A stretch of DNA of 64,000 bases, taken from the NCBI GenBank assembly GCA_002269645.1, contig NIVC01001794.1:124001-188000 (forward strand), in the 5' to 3' direction. The notes below the pieces were generated by a model. It saw nothing but the letters and a program-made list of their open reading frames with translations, ran no database searches and was not told where the DNA came from. The position numbers and the translations under genes were made by a program. The DNA is from Macrostomum lignano. Its lineage: Eukaryota. This document shows, piece after piece, positions 1 through 10,303 of the stretch (position 1 is its first letter; every line of letters starts with the position of its first letter).

Positions 1-3000
1 TAATCAACACTTACTATCTAGCTCGTATTAAGACTAAAAAACTGAGGCAAGCTGGGATTAAACCAAAGAAAATTTTTTACTATACTTTTTTACCATGTAC
101 TTTTACTATACTTCTATAGTATAGTAGAGAGGTACTCTATTTAAATGCAGTAAGAAGTGAAACAAATTTATATATTTAATTATTAAAATTAAATTAATTC
201 AAGGTAAATAACTAATTTAACCAATTTATTAGAAGTATTTAATATTTTAATAAATTGATTTTTATACCTTACACGAAATAAGCTCTACATTCATTTCTTA
301 GCTTGGGGCCCATCTGTATAAGGTCAGTTTCTTCAAAATGCTGATTAATTAATTAAGGCCTGTTGTCTTTACTTAAATTTATAAGGGCATCTTAGAAGTT
401 AATATTACTATATAATACATGTATAATATTATTACTATATTATAATAATATAGTTGCAATTTTAATGACTATTGAATAAGTCTAAATGCTTCCCCTATTG
501 ACTCTAAATATATGGTATCTTTACCTTCAGAAAAAATTAGCATAGAATGACTTGATGAAAACAAAAAAAATCATTTCGAGATACACATTTGCTGATCATT
601 CAGGTCAAATTTCAAGGTCCAGTTTTGCACATGTTTCTCTGTAGCTTGGTTACAAGGATTTTAATAAAAATATAATAAATATGTCCAATGTACTAACTGA
701 TACATAGCCAAATTGAAGTATTTTCAAAAACAAAAAAAATCATTTGCTCAGTTTACTTTACTGGATATCTGTGTAAAATTTCAGCTCAAAAGGTGCTCCA
801 TGGAGAATGCTAGTGTGGTTACAGGATATTTATTTTGTGCTTCAAAGTAGGAGTTTATTGCGATGCATGGTTGCTTTTAATTATTTTTATCAACAATAGT
901 GCTCTATTTCATAACAATTTTTTACAAAAAGATAAAAAGACATGTTTTTCTAATTATCTGCATCAAAATGTATCATTTTAAGCGCACATTCTAGACGTCA
1001 GCTGAAAAAATACATTTTGTGAGACGCAAAGAGGCTATCCCACCGGAAATGCTAGGCGTACAGTTAAGCGTCTATAAAATCATTTATAGTGCAGTTTATT
1101 GAGCTTTAAAAAAATCTTAAATTAAATTTATATAAGCTTTAATTTTAAATGTAATATAGCAAGGTTTCAACACAACAACAACTTTTTTTTAGCTACAGAC
1201 ATCTTGTAGTACCAAAAATTAACATCGGTGAAATGATTGAATTTGAATTTTTTCATCGCTAATTATCGCTTAATACCGCCAGATGATTAAAAAACACTTT
1301 TGCATGATAAAGTTTAACCCAAAAATTATCTTTATTCACAGATAAAAGTGTCCTATTATTTTCAATATGGCAGTAACAATAGTAAATGTTCGGAAAATTG
1401 TTAAAATTTTTGCTCCTCCTAGAATTTGCGAACGACCCAGGTAGGTAGGTAGGACCTGTTTTAACGCCTCGGATTTGCCAATTTAAATTGGACACGAATT
1501 ATTGTACTTTGCGACATAACAAAAAGTGGAAACAACTGGTCCGTTGATGTGAAATACAATACATAGTCTCAACAGAAGCTGAGGGCAGAGGTGGATTTAG
1601 AAATATAAACTAAAATGAGGGAGATGGATTTTAACTTCGAGATTGGGAGGGGGTGCCATAATATACACTAGAGGGGGCCGCCATAATGTTCACTAGATCG
1701 GGGCGCCATACTGAGCAAACTGAGGGTTGTGGTGAGGACCTTTTTTCTTTTTGATGAGGACCTGAGCTTATAGTATGAAGTTACAGAGGGGCAACTTCTA
1801 TGCTTGTGTTTTCTGGCAGTCCTGTCTTTTTTCTGTTTGTTTTGGATATATAATAGTTCAGAATATTGATAATATTTGGGACTGCTACCCCAAAGGAAAA
1901 TTAAGGGGCGCCATCATCGCCAGACACAATGGGCCCCCCAGCTGAGCAGGGCCCCAAAAGAAAAAAAAAATTCAGGTTTTCATTGAATCATTGGCATATA
2001 TTATTGTGGTTATATATCTGCATCGTACCCATTTTGATCGAGACGGTATACTCGTACTTTTTGACTACCATTTGTGGCATATCCTTGTGCTAAATAACAA
2101 AAGGACTGTAACTACATGTACATGTACGCAAGGACTACTACACTAGGAACGAAGTGTTCCTAGTGGTCCGTTTCGGCCAATATCACATTATATCTAGACA
2201 GCGGGCCAAAAAAGTTGTTTGAAGGTACACGCCAGAGGCGCGGCCACCGCCGCGGCCACCATGCAGTCACCTGTGCAGGTCAGTACACCGCGGTAGTGAC
2301 TCCCTCTCTAACGAGACGCGCGGGACTCCCGCGGTTTGTAACAGACGTAAGTTCTTGACCCCAAACTGTGATAGAAATGGCCGATTAGGGACTCTATATG
2401 CGAGGCCTGCAAAGGACAGTCTATTCAGTGCTGGAAACGAGGACTTTTGCATAGGAGGATCGAAAGGTACAGCTCAGAGCGAGGGGAAAGTTCAGGACCA
2501 GCAAAGGGGTGGCACAGGAAACCCGGCCGACTTGCCGATATCCTGAATCGCCGAATTTTCTGATTTGCCGAATCCGTTTACCGTTTTGTATTTTAATAAT
2601 CCGTTATACGCTCGTATTTTGCGATTCCGTTTGTAATACTTATACTTTATAATTAGTTTGTCACTAAGTTTGTTTTGCATTTCACTAGAGCGATTTGTAT
2701 TTTGCTAAGTTCTGCATTTTGCATTTTCCTGGTGTGCTTTGCGTTCTACATAATACCAGTCGTACATATGCGTTGCGCGTTGGTGCGCGAGTATTGGAGT
2801 GAGAGTAAGGCCAAGTAGGCCGAGTGTTGATGAGTCATAGTGTAAACGTACAGCTGTCATTATCAGTGCAGTCAATTAAGAGTAATCGATGTACAAGCTC
2901 GGCGCTGCTTTTAAAGGTACGTTCGTTACATAAATTTATTAATTAATTCAGTCCTGAATTGTACTTTAATATCTCCGAATTTTTTAATTTTCAATGTAAA

Positions 3001-3023
3001 TTAATTAGGAAAATATCGCATAA

Positions 3024-3832
3024 ATGCTCGCGACTATCAATATCTATAAAGAGGGTAGACGTCTTTTGACTGGCGCTGTCAAGTCTGTGACCCACAGTTT
3101 TAAGTCCGCGGTCGACCTGCAATCTGCTATCGAGCCACCATATTGCTGCAGAAGTAGCACAGCTTCAGAAGCTTTACGATTATGTACCCGCCCCCATGCA
3201 CGTTCATTTGATCGCAAGCAGCTCGGAACGAAAAAGGGATGTTCCGGTGGTCGAAAAAACAGTACAGTTTTGTGGTGAGCATGCGTCGAAATCAAACAGT
3301 GTACAGGCGATGTTTCGTTTAGAAGCAGGCGACTTGTCTGCAACGCTACAGAAATACAGCGGGGCGACAACTACGGAGAAAGGGTCGCAGCCTCACAATC
3401 ACGCCCCACAAGACAGACCTGCAGAGCGACTGCAGCTGAAACAGATTGTCCTTCAGCGGGTCCACAACGAGCTCTTCATTTCTGCAGCGCCAATTGCACG
3501 AGAGGAACGTTTGAGAGCAGAAGATAACTATTTGGTGAGTGGCAAATAGATCATAGACCAGAAAAACTTACCCTTGGAGCAAACAGGTACAGAAGACTGA
3601 TGCGTCGTCCAGAGCCAGAACAACCTGACTTTGAGTTGCAGTAGAATGCTTTACCATGCAGATGGATTCTTGCAGGCCCATTTAAGTTCACCAGGATGCC
3701 GCCACATCGTTTTTGTTACAGGAGCACAGCTGTCACTTCTTGCAGAGTCTGACAGGTGGTTTGTCGACGGGACCTTCAAAGTCGTTCGACGACCATTCGT
3801 GCAACTATTTAACATTCACGCCTTCTGGTGTG
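3024..3832 (+). pseudogene. Mutator-like (MULE) transposase, 5' part (FLYWCH-like remnant plus start of the DDE domain), degenerate
   Basis: Translated pieces include LW*ACVEIKQC...HNH (FLYWCH-like) and LAESDRWFVDGTFKVVRRPFVQLFNIHAF, which matches the MULE first-Asp motif W(F/Y)xDGTFK. Stops and frameshifts are present. The sequence breaks at ~3832 and resumes at ~6884. Confidence 0.8.
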
Positions 3833-4237
3833 TTCCTTAATACCAGACTTTCTCTGTAATCAAGGAACAATAACTTCTAGCTACTTTGTTAGACAACCCA
3901 GTAATCAATTGAAGGTACTGCTTACCTTGATTCCGGTTTGAGAGATCTCTTCTTGTAGTTCTTGTCCAATGAGTTTTTCTCGCAATCTGTTGCTTTCCTG
4001 TCCTTCAGGAAGTGTAGACGTCTAGAATCGGTTTATCTGGTCCTGTATCTTCTTCTACTTCCGATGAAGTCGTTTCCGGCCGGTATCTGCAGTCAGGACC
4101 AATCAGAGGCCTCGTATCAACAATGGGATCCCTGCGCCGAACTGCGATTTCGCTTAATCCTTCTCCTTCTAGCAGTGCCTCGATGCACTCTAGGTATTGC
4201 TCCGGTAATCTCTAATAGATCCTCTAAGATCTATTAG

Positions 4238-6418
4238 GGTAGTCCTTCTGGAGACTACGACCAATGGAGTCACAAGGACAGCCTCCGGCCAAAACTGGGC
4301 CTCATCACGTTCTCAGTCCTGTGCCATCTTATCAACAAGAAGACTCGCCAGTGTGTCAACACAGAAAGGATCAAACTCGAGAAGAAGCTCCAAGACCTTT
4401 GGCTGGAGAAGCAGCATCATGCAAGCATTCCACAAGCTATTACCAACATCTCAAGCCGGAAACTGAGTCCATCTGAACAACATGCCCTTCAATATGGCCT
4501 CCGACATCCGATCCTCCCGACTAGGCTCAACAAAACGCACATCGCCGCCGACATTGAAGCCCTTGTGTGTAAGTGCCTCTCTCACAATAACACGGGGAGT
4601 CATGAGCCGCGCCAACTTCCTGACAATTTCAAAAGAAAGATCATGTTTGAATTTGAACAATTCTCTGCCAAGACCACTAACTGTTTATCCAACAAGAGAA
4701 ATAAGCTGCTCCACCGTACCCTCAAACAGCTCAACAAGTCTGACGACATAAAAATTGTCAATTATGACAAGGGCTATGGGGTTGCTATCCTCAACACCGT
4801 TGACTACATCAATAAACTTAACAACATCCTTCTGGACCAGACCAAATTCCAATGTCTGGGATCGCATGACGACATCACGATGTCCCACCCCATCCTCAAA
4901 TCCGAACGCTCTCTTCAAAACTTTCTGCGCACCCACGTCAAACAACACATTGATGAAAAAATCTTTAAACGCATCATCCCCAGTGGCAGCCAACCTGGTC
5001 AGCTTTATGGGGTCTGCAAGGTCCACAAACCTGACAAACCCCTCAGACCAATTGTCTCCATGATTCATACTGCTGAATATGAACTCGCCAAGTACTTGGA
5101 TTCCCTCATCAAGCCTTGCCTCTCGTCCAATTTCTCTACGAAATCTAACAGTGAATTTCTCCATGATCTTCAACAATTTAGTGCCGATACTCCTTGTTCT
5201 GACACGCTCTGTAGCTTTGATGTTGTTTCTCTTTTCACCAACATCCCCCTTGATCTTGCTGTCGACCTGGCTACTGAACTGGTTTATAAAGCCAACCCTC
5301 CCTCCATGACCAAGACCTCCTTCAAAAAACTCCTCCGCTTCGCGACCTCTGGCATCTTTCTGTTTGATAATAAATACTACCGGCAAATTGATGGATGTGC
5401 CATGGGCAGCCCCCTAGCCCCCACTCTGGCCGAGGTCTGTTTGTCCCACTGGGAAACCAACAACTGGATGTCTCTCGATTGTGCCCCCAAATTCTACAGG
5501 CGGTATGCTGACGACACTTTCGCCATTTTCGACAACAGCACCAAAATCGAGTCCTTCCTTCAAGCTCTCAATTCTACTCATCCTAACATCAAATTCACCC
5601 TTGAAAAGGCTACTGACCAAAAGCTTCCATTCTTAGACCTAGACATTGACCTTAGCAGTGGAACTCTTTCCACTAAAGTCTTTCGCAAAAAAACGTTCAC
5701 CAACCTGATCCTTAACTTCCACGCTTTGTGCCCTAAAAATTGGAAATCTGGCCTCATCAGATGCATGCTCCATAGAGCTTTCATTGTCTGCAACACCTGG
5801 GCCAACTTTGACCAGGAATTAAGATCTCTCACCAAACTGTTTCGTCAAAACGGCTATCCGCAAGATTTCATCTATAGCATCACTCACAAGTTCATCTCTG
5901 AAAAGGTTACCAAACAGCAAATCGCCAAAAATGACCACAAAGATCCCATTCTTGTCCTTCCTTTCTTTGGACATCCTTCTCTTCACTTCAAAAGCAAAAT
6001 CAAGAAACTGTTTCACCAATCGCTTAACTGTAACATCATAGTTGTTTTTCGGACTGCCAAAGTCGGTGATTTCGTTGGCCGGTTAAAATCGCGTGTCCCC
6101 CGTGCTCTGCGTGCTGGTGTCGTCTATCAATTCAACTGCTCTGTTGACCAGAGCGTCTCCTACGTGGGGAAAACTAAAAGACACCTACACACCAGAACCA
6201 GGGAGCACTGGCTTAAACCGTCTGCTATACAAGATTACTTACTGCATTGTAGTAGCTGCTCTAACTGCAACCCAAACGAGCACTTTAAAATCATTGACCA
6301 ATGTCAGTCGGACTTCAAACTTAGAATTCTTGAGGCCATGCACATAAAAGCCCAGTCACCCAGCCTAAACACACAACTCCAACATAGTGGCGCGGGTCAC
6401 CTACTCCGTGTCTTTTGA
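4238..6418 (+). CDS. PLE polyprotein: reverse transcriptase + GIY-YIG endonuclease (frame open from 4238, 726 codons, no 5' ATG)
   Basis: ITNISSRKLSP..LQYGL (PLE N-terminal motif), YDKGYGVAIL, LYGVCKVHKPDKPLRPIVS, SFDVVSLFTNIP, GCAMGSPLAP, YRRYADDTF, KLPFLD, and GVVYQFNCSVDQSVSYVGKTKRHLHTRTREH (GIY-YIG). I read the frame open upstream of the track's GTG back to the TAG at 4235-4237. Confidence 0.92.
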   Translation, partial: GSPSGDYDQWSHKDSLRPKLGLITFSVLCHLINKKTRQCVNTERIKLEKKLQDLWLEKQHHASIPQAITNISSRKLSPSEQHALQYGLRHPILPTRLNKTHIAADIEALVCKCLSHNNTGSHEPRQLPDNFKRKIMFEFEQFSAKTTNCLSNKRNKLLHRTLKQLNKSDDIKIVNYDKGYGVAILNTVDYINKLNNILLDQTKFQCLGSHDDITMSHPILKSERSLQNFLRTHVKQHIDEKIFKRIIPSGSQPGQLYGVCKVHKPDKPLRPIVSMIHTAEYELAKYLDSLIKPCLSSNFSTKSNSEFLHDLQQFSADTPCSDTLCSFDVVSLFTNIPLDLAVDLATELVYKANPPSMTKTSFKKLLRFATSGIFLFDNKYYRQIDGCAMGSPLAPTLAEVCLSHWETNNWMSLDCAPKFYRRYADDTFAIFDNSTKIESFLQALNSTHPNIKFTLEKATDQKLPFLDLDIDLSSGTLSTKVFRKKTFTNLILNFHALCPKNWKSGLIRCMLHRAFIVCNTWANFDQELRSLTKLFRQNGYPQDFIYSITHKFISEKVTKQQIAKNDHKDPILVLPFFGHPSLHFKSKIKKLFHQSLNCNIIVVFRTAKVGDFVGRLKSRVPRALRAGVVYQFNCSVDQSVSYVGKTKRHLHTRTREHWLKPSAIQDYLLHCSSCSNCNPNEHFKIIDQCQSDFKLRILEAMHIKAQSPSLNTQLQHSGAGHLLRVF

Positions 6419-6595
6419 TGAGAGAGAGTACTGGGTGTACATTCTTTCCGCCCCCGGAGTTCACTCTGCCGTACGGACTAACTCATGTGTTCTCCAATAT
6501 CGATTTGTTCAATAATTTTTCTAATTTTTCTTGTTTACCTACAACCAACTCCACATATTTATTCGCAAAACCTGTTTAATTTCGTTGTTGAAAAA

Positions 6596-6640
6596 ATAAA
6601 CCTGAAGATGCACCTAGGAGTGCGAAACGCGTCGTTACTT
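6596..6640 (+). ncRNA. Minimal type I hammerhead ribozyme of the PLE pseudo-LTR
   Basis: CTGAAGA (6602-6608), then t-GCAC-ctagga-GTGC (stem II), GAAA (6624-6627) and CGC-GTC (short palindromic stem III plus GUC cleavage triplet). Stem I is only about 3 bp (aac/gtt). It lies 5 nt upstream of the ATG of the next PLE unit. Confidence 0.7.
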
Positions 6641-6645
6641 ACATT

Positions 6646-6885
6646 ATGTTGATTTTCGGATTCATTTTCCTTTTACTAGCCAAGCGAGCTACACTACCCG
6701 ATTTCTACTTCGACATCAACAATCGCTACAAGGATGTGACCGTCCCTACTCTTCGTAAGCTTGAGCGTGTGACACACTCGTTCCAAAAATGTACCATCGA
6801 CAACCGGTTTCTGGAAGGATGCCTTGAACTACAGCTCTCGCCACGCTTCACAAGGTTCAAGACACCCTCCAACCCAGCCTTTTGA
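6646..6885 (+). pseudogene. N-terminal fragment of the PLE ORF (second, 3'-truncated tandem copy)
   Basis: MLIFGFIFLLL...LRKLERVTHSFQKCTIDNRFLEGCLELQLSPRFTRFK matches the PLE N-terminal pattern R.LE....K...D..FL..C.....P.F..FK. It is truncated where the MULE sequence resumes. Confidence 0.7.
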
Positions 6886-7400
6886 AGCAGGTCCCACTTC
6901 TATTTGCATTGATGACGGGGAAGAGCCGTAGGGACTACATGTACATAGACCTATTTCAAGCAGTGCGCGACCTCATTCCACATGCAAGGCAAGCCTAGAT
7001 CAGTATACCATTGTTTAAAATTGAAAATTTAACAATAAATAACATTTAACCCAGCTTCAGTAAATTTACTTGCATGAACCGATTTTTGTAGGCCTAAGGG
7101 ATTTTTCCTCGACTTTGAAACTGCAGCATGGAGTGCGATTCGTTCGGCCGTCTTCCCTGGTGTCCAGCTGCGCGGCTGCCTTTTTCATTTTACGCAACCT
7201 GCGAGGCGCCACGTCCAGCAGCTTGGCCTCCAGCGAGCTTACGTCGATAATGACAGAGTGCAAGACTTTTTTCGACAGCTAATGGTCTTGCCGCTTTTAC
7301 ATGTACCAGCCGAAATCATCGAGCGAGCCTTTTACACGCTTCGAGTGCGCATCAGCCAGCCAGCCTGCAGTGAGCTAAATGCCCCCAGCATGATCTAATC
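6884..7400 (+). pseudogene. Mutator-like transposase, 3' part
   Basis: KQVPLLFALMTGKSRRDY (6885 onward) and PKGFFLDFETAAWSAIRSAVFPGVQLRGCLFHFTQ (~7095-7197) contain the second Asp and the CxFH motif of MULE DDE domains, continuing the motif order from 3631-3832. Confidence 0.8.
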
Positions 7401-7420
7401 ACTGCCACAGTTTTACCTTA

Positions 7421-7733
7421 GGGGTTGTAGCCCAGTGGTCAGAGCGTCGGACTCACGACTTGAAGATCGGGGGTTCAATTCCCGATCCCACTGGAACAAT
7501 TTGTGTCCTTGAGCAAGACACTTAACTCTGCATTGTTTCAGTTCACCCAGCTGTAAAATGGGTGCCAGCATTAGCTGGGGTAATTGAGGGTGAGTGTGGC
7601 GACCCCCCTAGTCCTTGGACTGAACAGCCGTACGCAGCCTTCAGATGCGCCGCGCAATAGCTGCGGCTGAGCTGTCGGTTGCACACTTGCCCATTGGACA
7701 GGTGTAATCAATTATTATTATATTATTATTATT
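7421..7733 (+). mobile_element. tRNA-derived SINE with a CORE-like central domain and (TTA)n tail
   Basis: Head GGGGTTGTAGCCCAGTGG (A box) ... GGTTCAATTCC (B box); central tgtgtccttgagcaagacacttaactc...cacccagctgtaaaatggg resembles the CORE-SINE domain; ttattatta tail at ~7711-7733. Confidence 0.75.
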
Positions 7734-10303
7734 TACCTTCTACAAATTTACAATTTAAAACTTTTAGTTTTACCATTTTATTATTTAATTCACTTTGCGG
7801 GCCTCGTGAAATGAACGAATTTAAGCTTTGGTCACTTTTGCTTTTTTTCTGCAGTTTAATTAACATTTTAGAATGTTTTTCGCTGCGAAGGAAGTGCATT
7901 GATTTTATGCTAAATATTGAAATAAATTAGACATCGCGGGTCTAGACAATGAACAAAAATTTCTTGAAAAGCTCATTTGAAAAGCCCAATATAAATAATT
8001 GGGCTTCTTTGGGGTATGAGTAAGCCTGCGTGCTTGGCTGGGCCTAACCCCTCCCTCGCGCCATTTGGAGGGGGGGGTTGGTCTCTCTTAGCCGTGTGGC
8101 CGCCCTCTGCACCACCCCGCTCCACCTGTTTATTTAAGTAGGACCCCTGCTAAGGTTTTTTTTTACTTTCGTGCCCCTCTTCGACTTGCGGCCACACCCG
8201 GTCATTGCTCTCTATGTGTCCACCTGCTCTCTGTGAATCTGCGCTATGGTCCCAATTGCGTCTACCTGTTCTTTGCGATTCTGCCTGCGTTCCCATTGCG
8301 ACTGCGCCGCGCCGGAAACCGTGAACTGTGAACCATCACCCGAAACCGTGAGACCCTTCTAGCCTGCCGTGTTGTTCTTTGGGGTTGGTTGCTTAGGGCC
8401 TAGGCGGGATTAGAGCGTCGTACGCAGCTGTCTCAAAACCACCCCGATCGGCACCGCGTCGTACGCGTGCTGGAGGCAGTCGAGCCGCTCGAACTGCCCT
8501 ATCCCCTGACTCTGCGTCGTACATGTACGCGAGTGGGTTGGCGACCACAGCGAAGGTCCGAACACGAGCCCGAACTCCGGGAGAAAATACCGGGATTTCC
8601 CTCTGTCACCACAATGCTACATATATATCTGACAGTATCTGATCAATTGAATATTGCTGCCGATTAGATCTGATCTACTGGGTGCTGATGAAAGATAGTA
8701 ATAATGTGGAAATTTGACGGCGTTTGAAAAACTACTTTTTTATATTTACCGAAGTGTGACACCATATGGCGGCAGCAATTTATTACTGAAATAGAAAATA
8801 AAGAAGGCGTATACTGCGATCAACTTCAATGCAACAACAATAAGGGGTTCAAATAGCTAGAAAGAATCTGCTAATAAAAATAAGAGAGCTTTATATTTTT
8901 TTCATCCGGGTTTAGTCATTAGCTTTCGAAAAAAAAATTGTAGTTATAAAACTGCGAAAAAACAGGATAAATATGAGATAGAAAAATATTACTTTTACTT
9001 TGCAGGCGTCAAATACTCTATCAGTTTACTTTGGCAAGGTAAAATCTATCCAATAATTTTGGGGCAAAGCAGCATTTAGCTAAAAGAAAATTTTTGGATT
9101 CGGGATGCAATAAAAACTTTTAAAGCACAGAAAGCAAAATACAAATTACGATTCTGCCCATTTAACAACAGAAAATGTACCAAATTAATCTCAAAACTTG
9201 AAAAAATATCACGGGTCCCCTGCATTAACCTGTAACCTGTTATGTATGGATTTTAATAACCTATCATTCTGGTTAAAGCATGAATAGATACTTTGGGGTC
9301 GCATGATAAAGCTGTCGTAGCGTAAGTTCGGTCGTACGTCGGATCTTTTACACTACGAAGATAGGAGCTAGGAACGATCTTATCTTACGATGGCTTTATA
9401 GAACGGGAAATTTGAGTCTTCTGAAAGGTCATAGCAATCTGTGGGCTGCATGCATGTGATGCTGATGCCATATTTAAAGCTGCGGGCAGCTGCAGGGAAC
9501 CCTAGTATCAGCATTAATATAATCTACGAGTATTATACATTAAATAGTTGAATACATTAAAGATACAAAAAGATAAAAATATCCAAAGCCGGTAAATTTA
9601 ACTTTTTTGAAACACTTGAAATAATAGTAGCAATGTAGTTTTACTATATTGCTGGACAGAAACTAGGCAAGATGGGTTATAGTGTGGTATACATGCGTTT
9701 TAAATACGAATCAGCTATATATGTGGGATAATATTAAACAACGCACATAGTTACTAAAAAATTTTCCATAACACACTTTATCATTCTAAACAGTTCAACA
9801 ACGTCTATCTATAATCTCGTATTTTAAAAAATAGCCAAACATGCCCAGCTCATCTACTGCAATTTTTATTTTACTACTCAGTTTCTACTGAAGTACAATT
9901 AAATGTCAACAATTATTCTCAGCTTACCTTTGTCATACAGAGTATTATTTGTGCAGTAATCGGTAAAAATAGACAGAACACACTAAATATGAAGACTTAA
10001 AACGATTTACTATAAAAACAATCATTCACCATTAACGGCTTATTCGCACTTCTATCAAATGAGCCATCAACTATATGTTTTTTTCCATCAACTAGCAAGA
10101 CAAATAAATCAAATTTGATTCTCAGACAGTGAGATGAAAGGAAATTTGGACTCATTTGATGGAGGCTTGAACAACCCTTAGTCGGCACTCCCTAACTTCG
10201 TAAAACTATAACGTCACATTAAGTAAAATATATAGTTCCATCATCCTTTAATTGCTGGTTTGTAGCAACAAACTCTCTCCGGTGTGCCGCTTCACTCAGT
10301 CGC

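Larger units (their letters stand above)
4238..6883 (+). mobile_element. Penelope-like retroelement (PLE), 5'-truncated, with a partial tandem pseudo-LTR, inserted into the MULE
   Basis: RT plus C-terminal GIY-YIG ORF, then a 3' UTR, a hammerhead motif and the N-terminal start of a second PLE ORF copy (6646-6885). This is the partial-tandem arrangement typical of PLEs. Confidence 0.9.

Noticed and set aside
7421-7492. Functional tRNA gene
   Set aside because: It has A/B boxes but a poor acceptor and anticodon stem, and it runs directly into a CORE-like domain and TTA tail, so it is a SINE head.
8007-8620. Possible solo LTR (GC-rich block, TG...CA, TATA-like tttatttaag)
   Set aside because: No matching target-site duplication, PBS or PPT, and no second copy in the window; cannot be supported.
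8684-8725. Second hammerhead (CTGATGA...GAAA)
   Set aside because: The intervening sequence cannot form stem II and there is no stem III or NUH.
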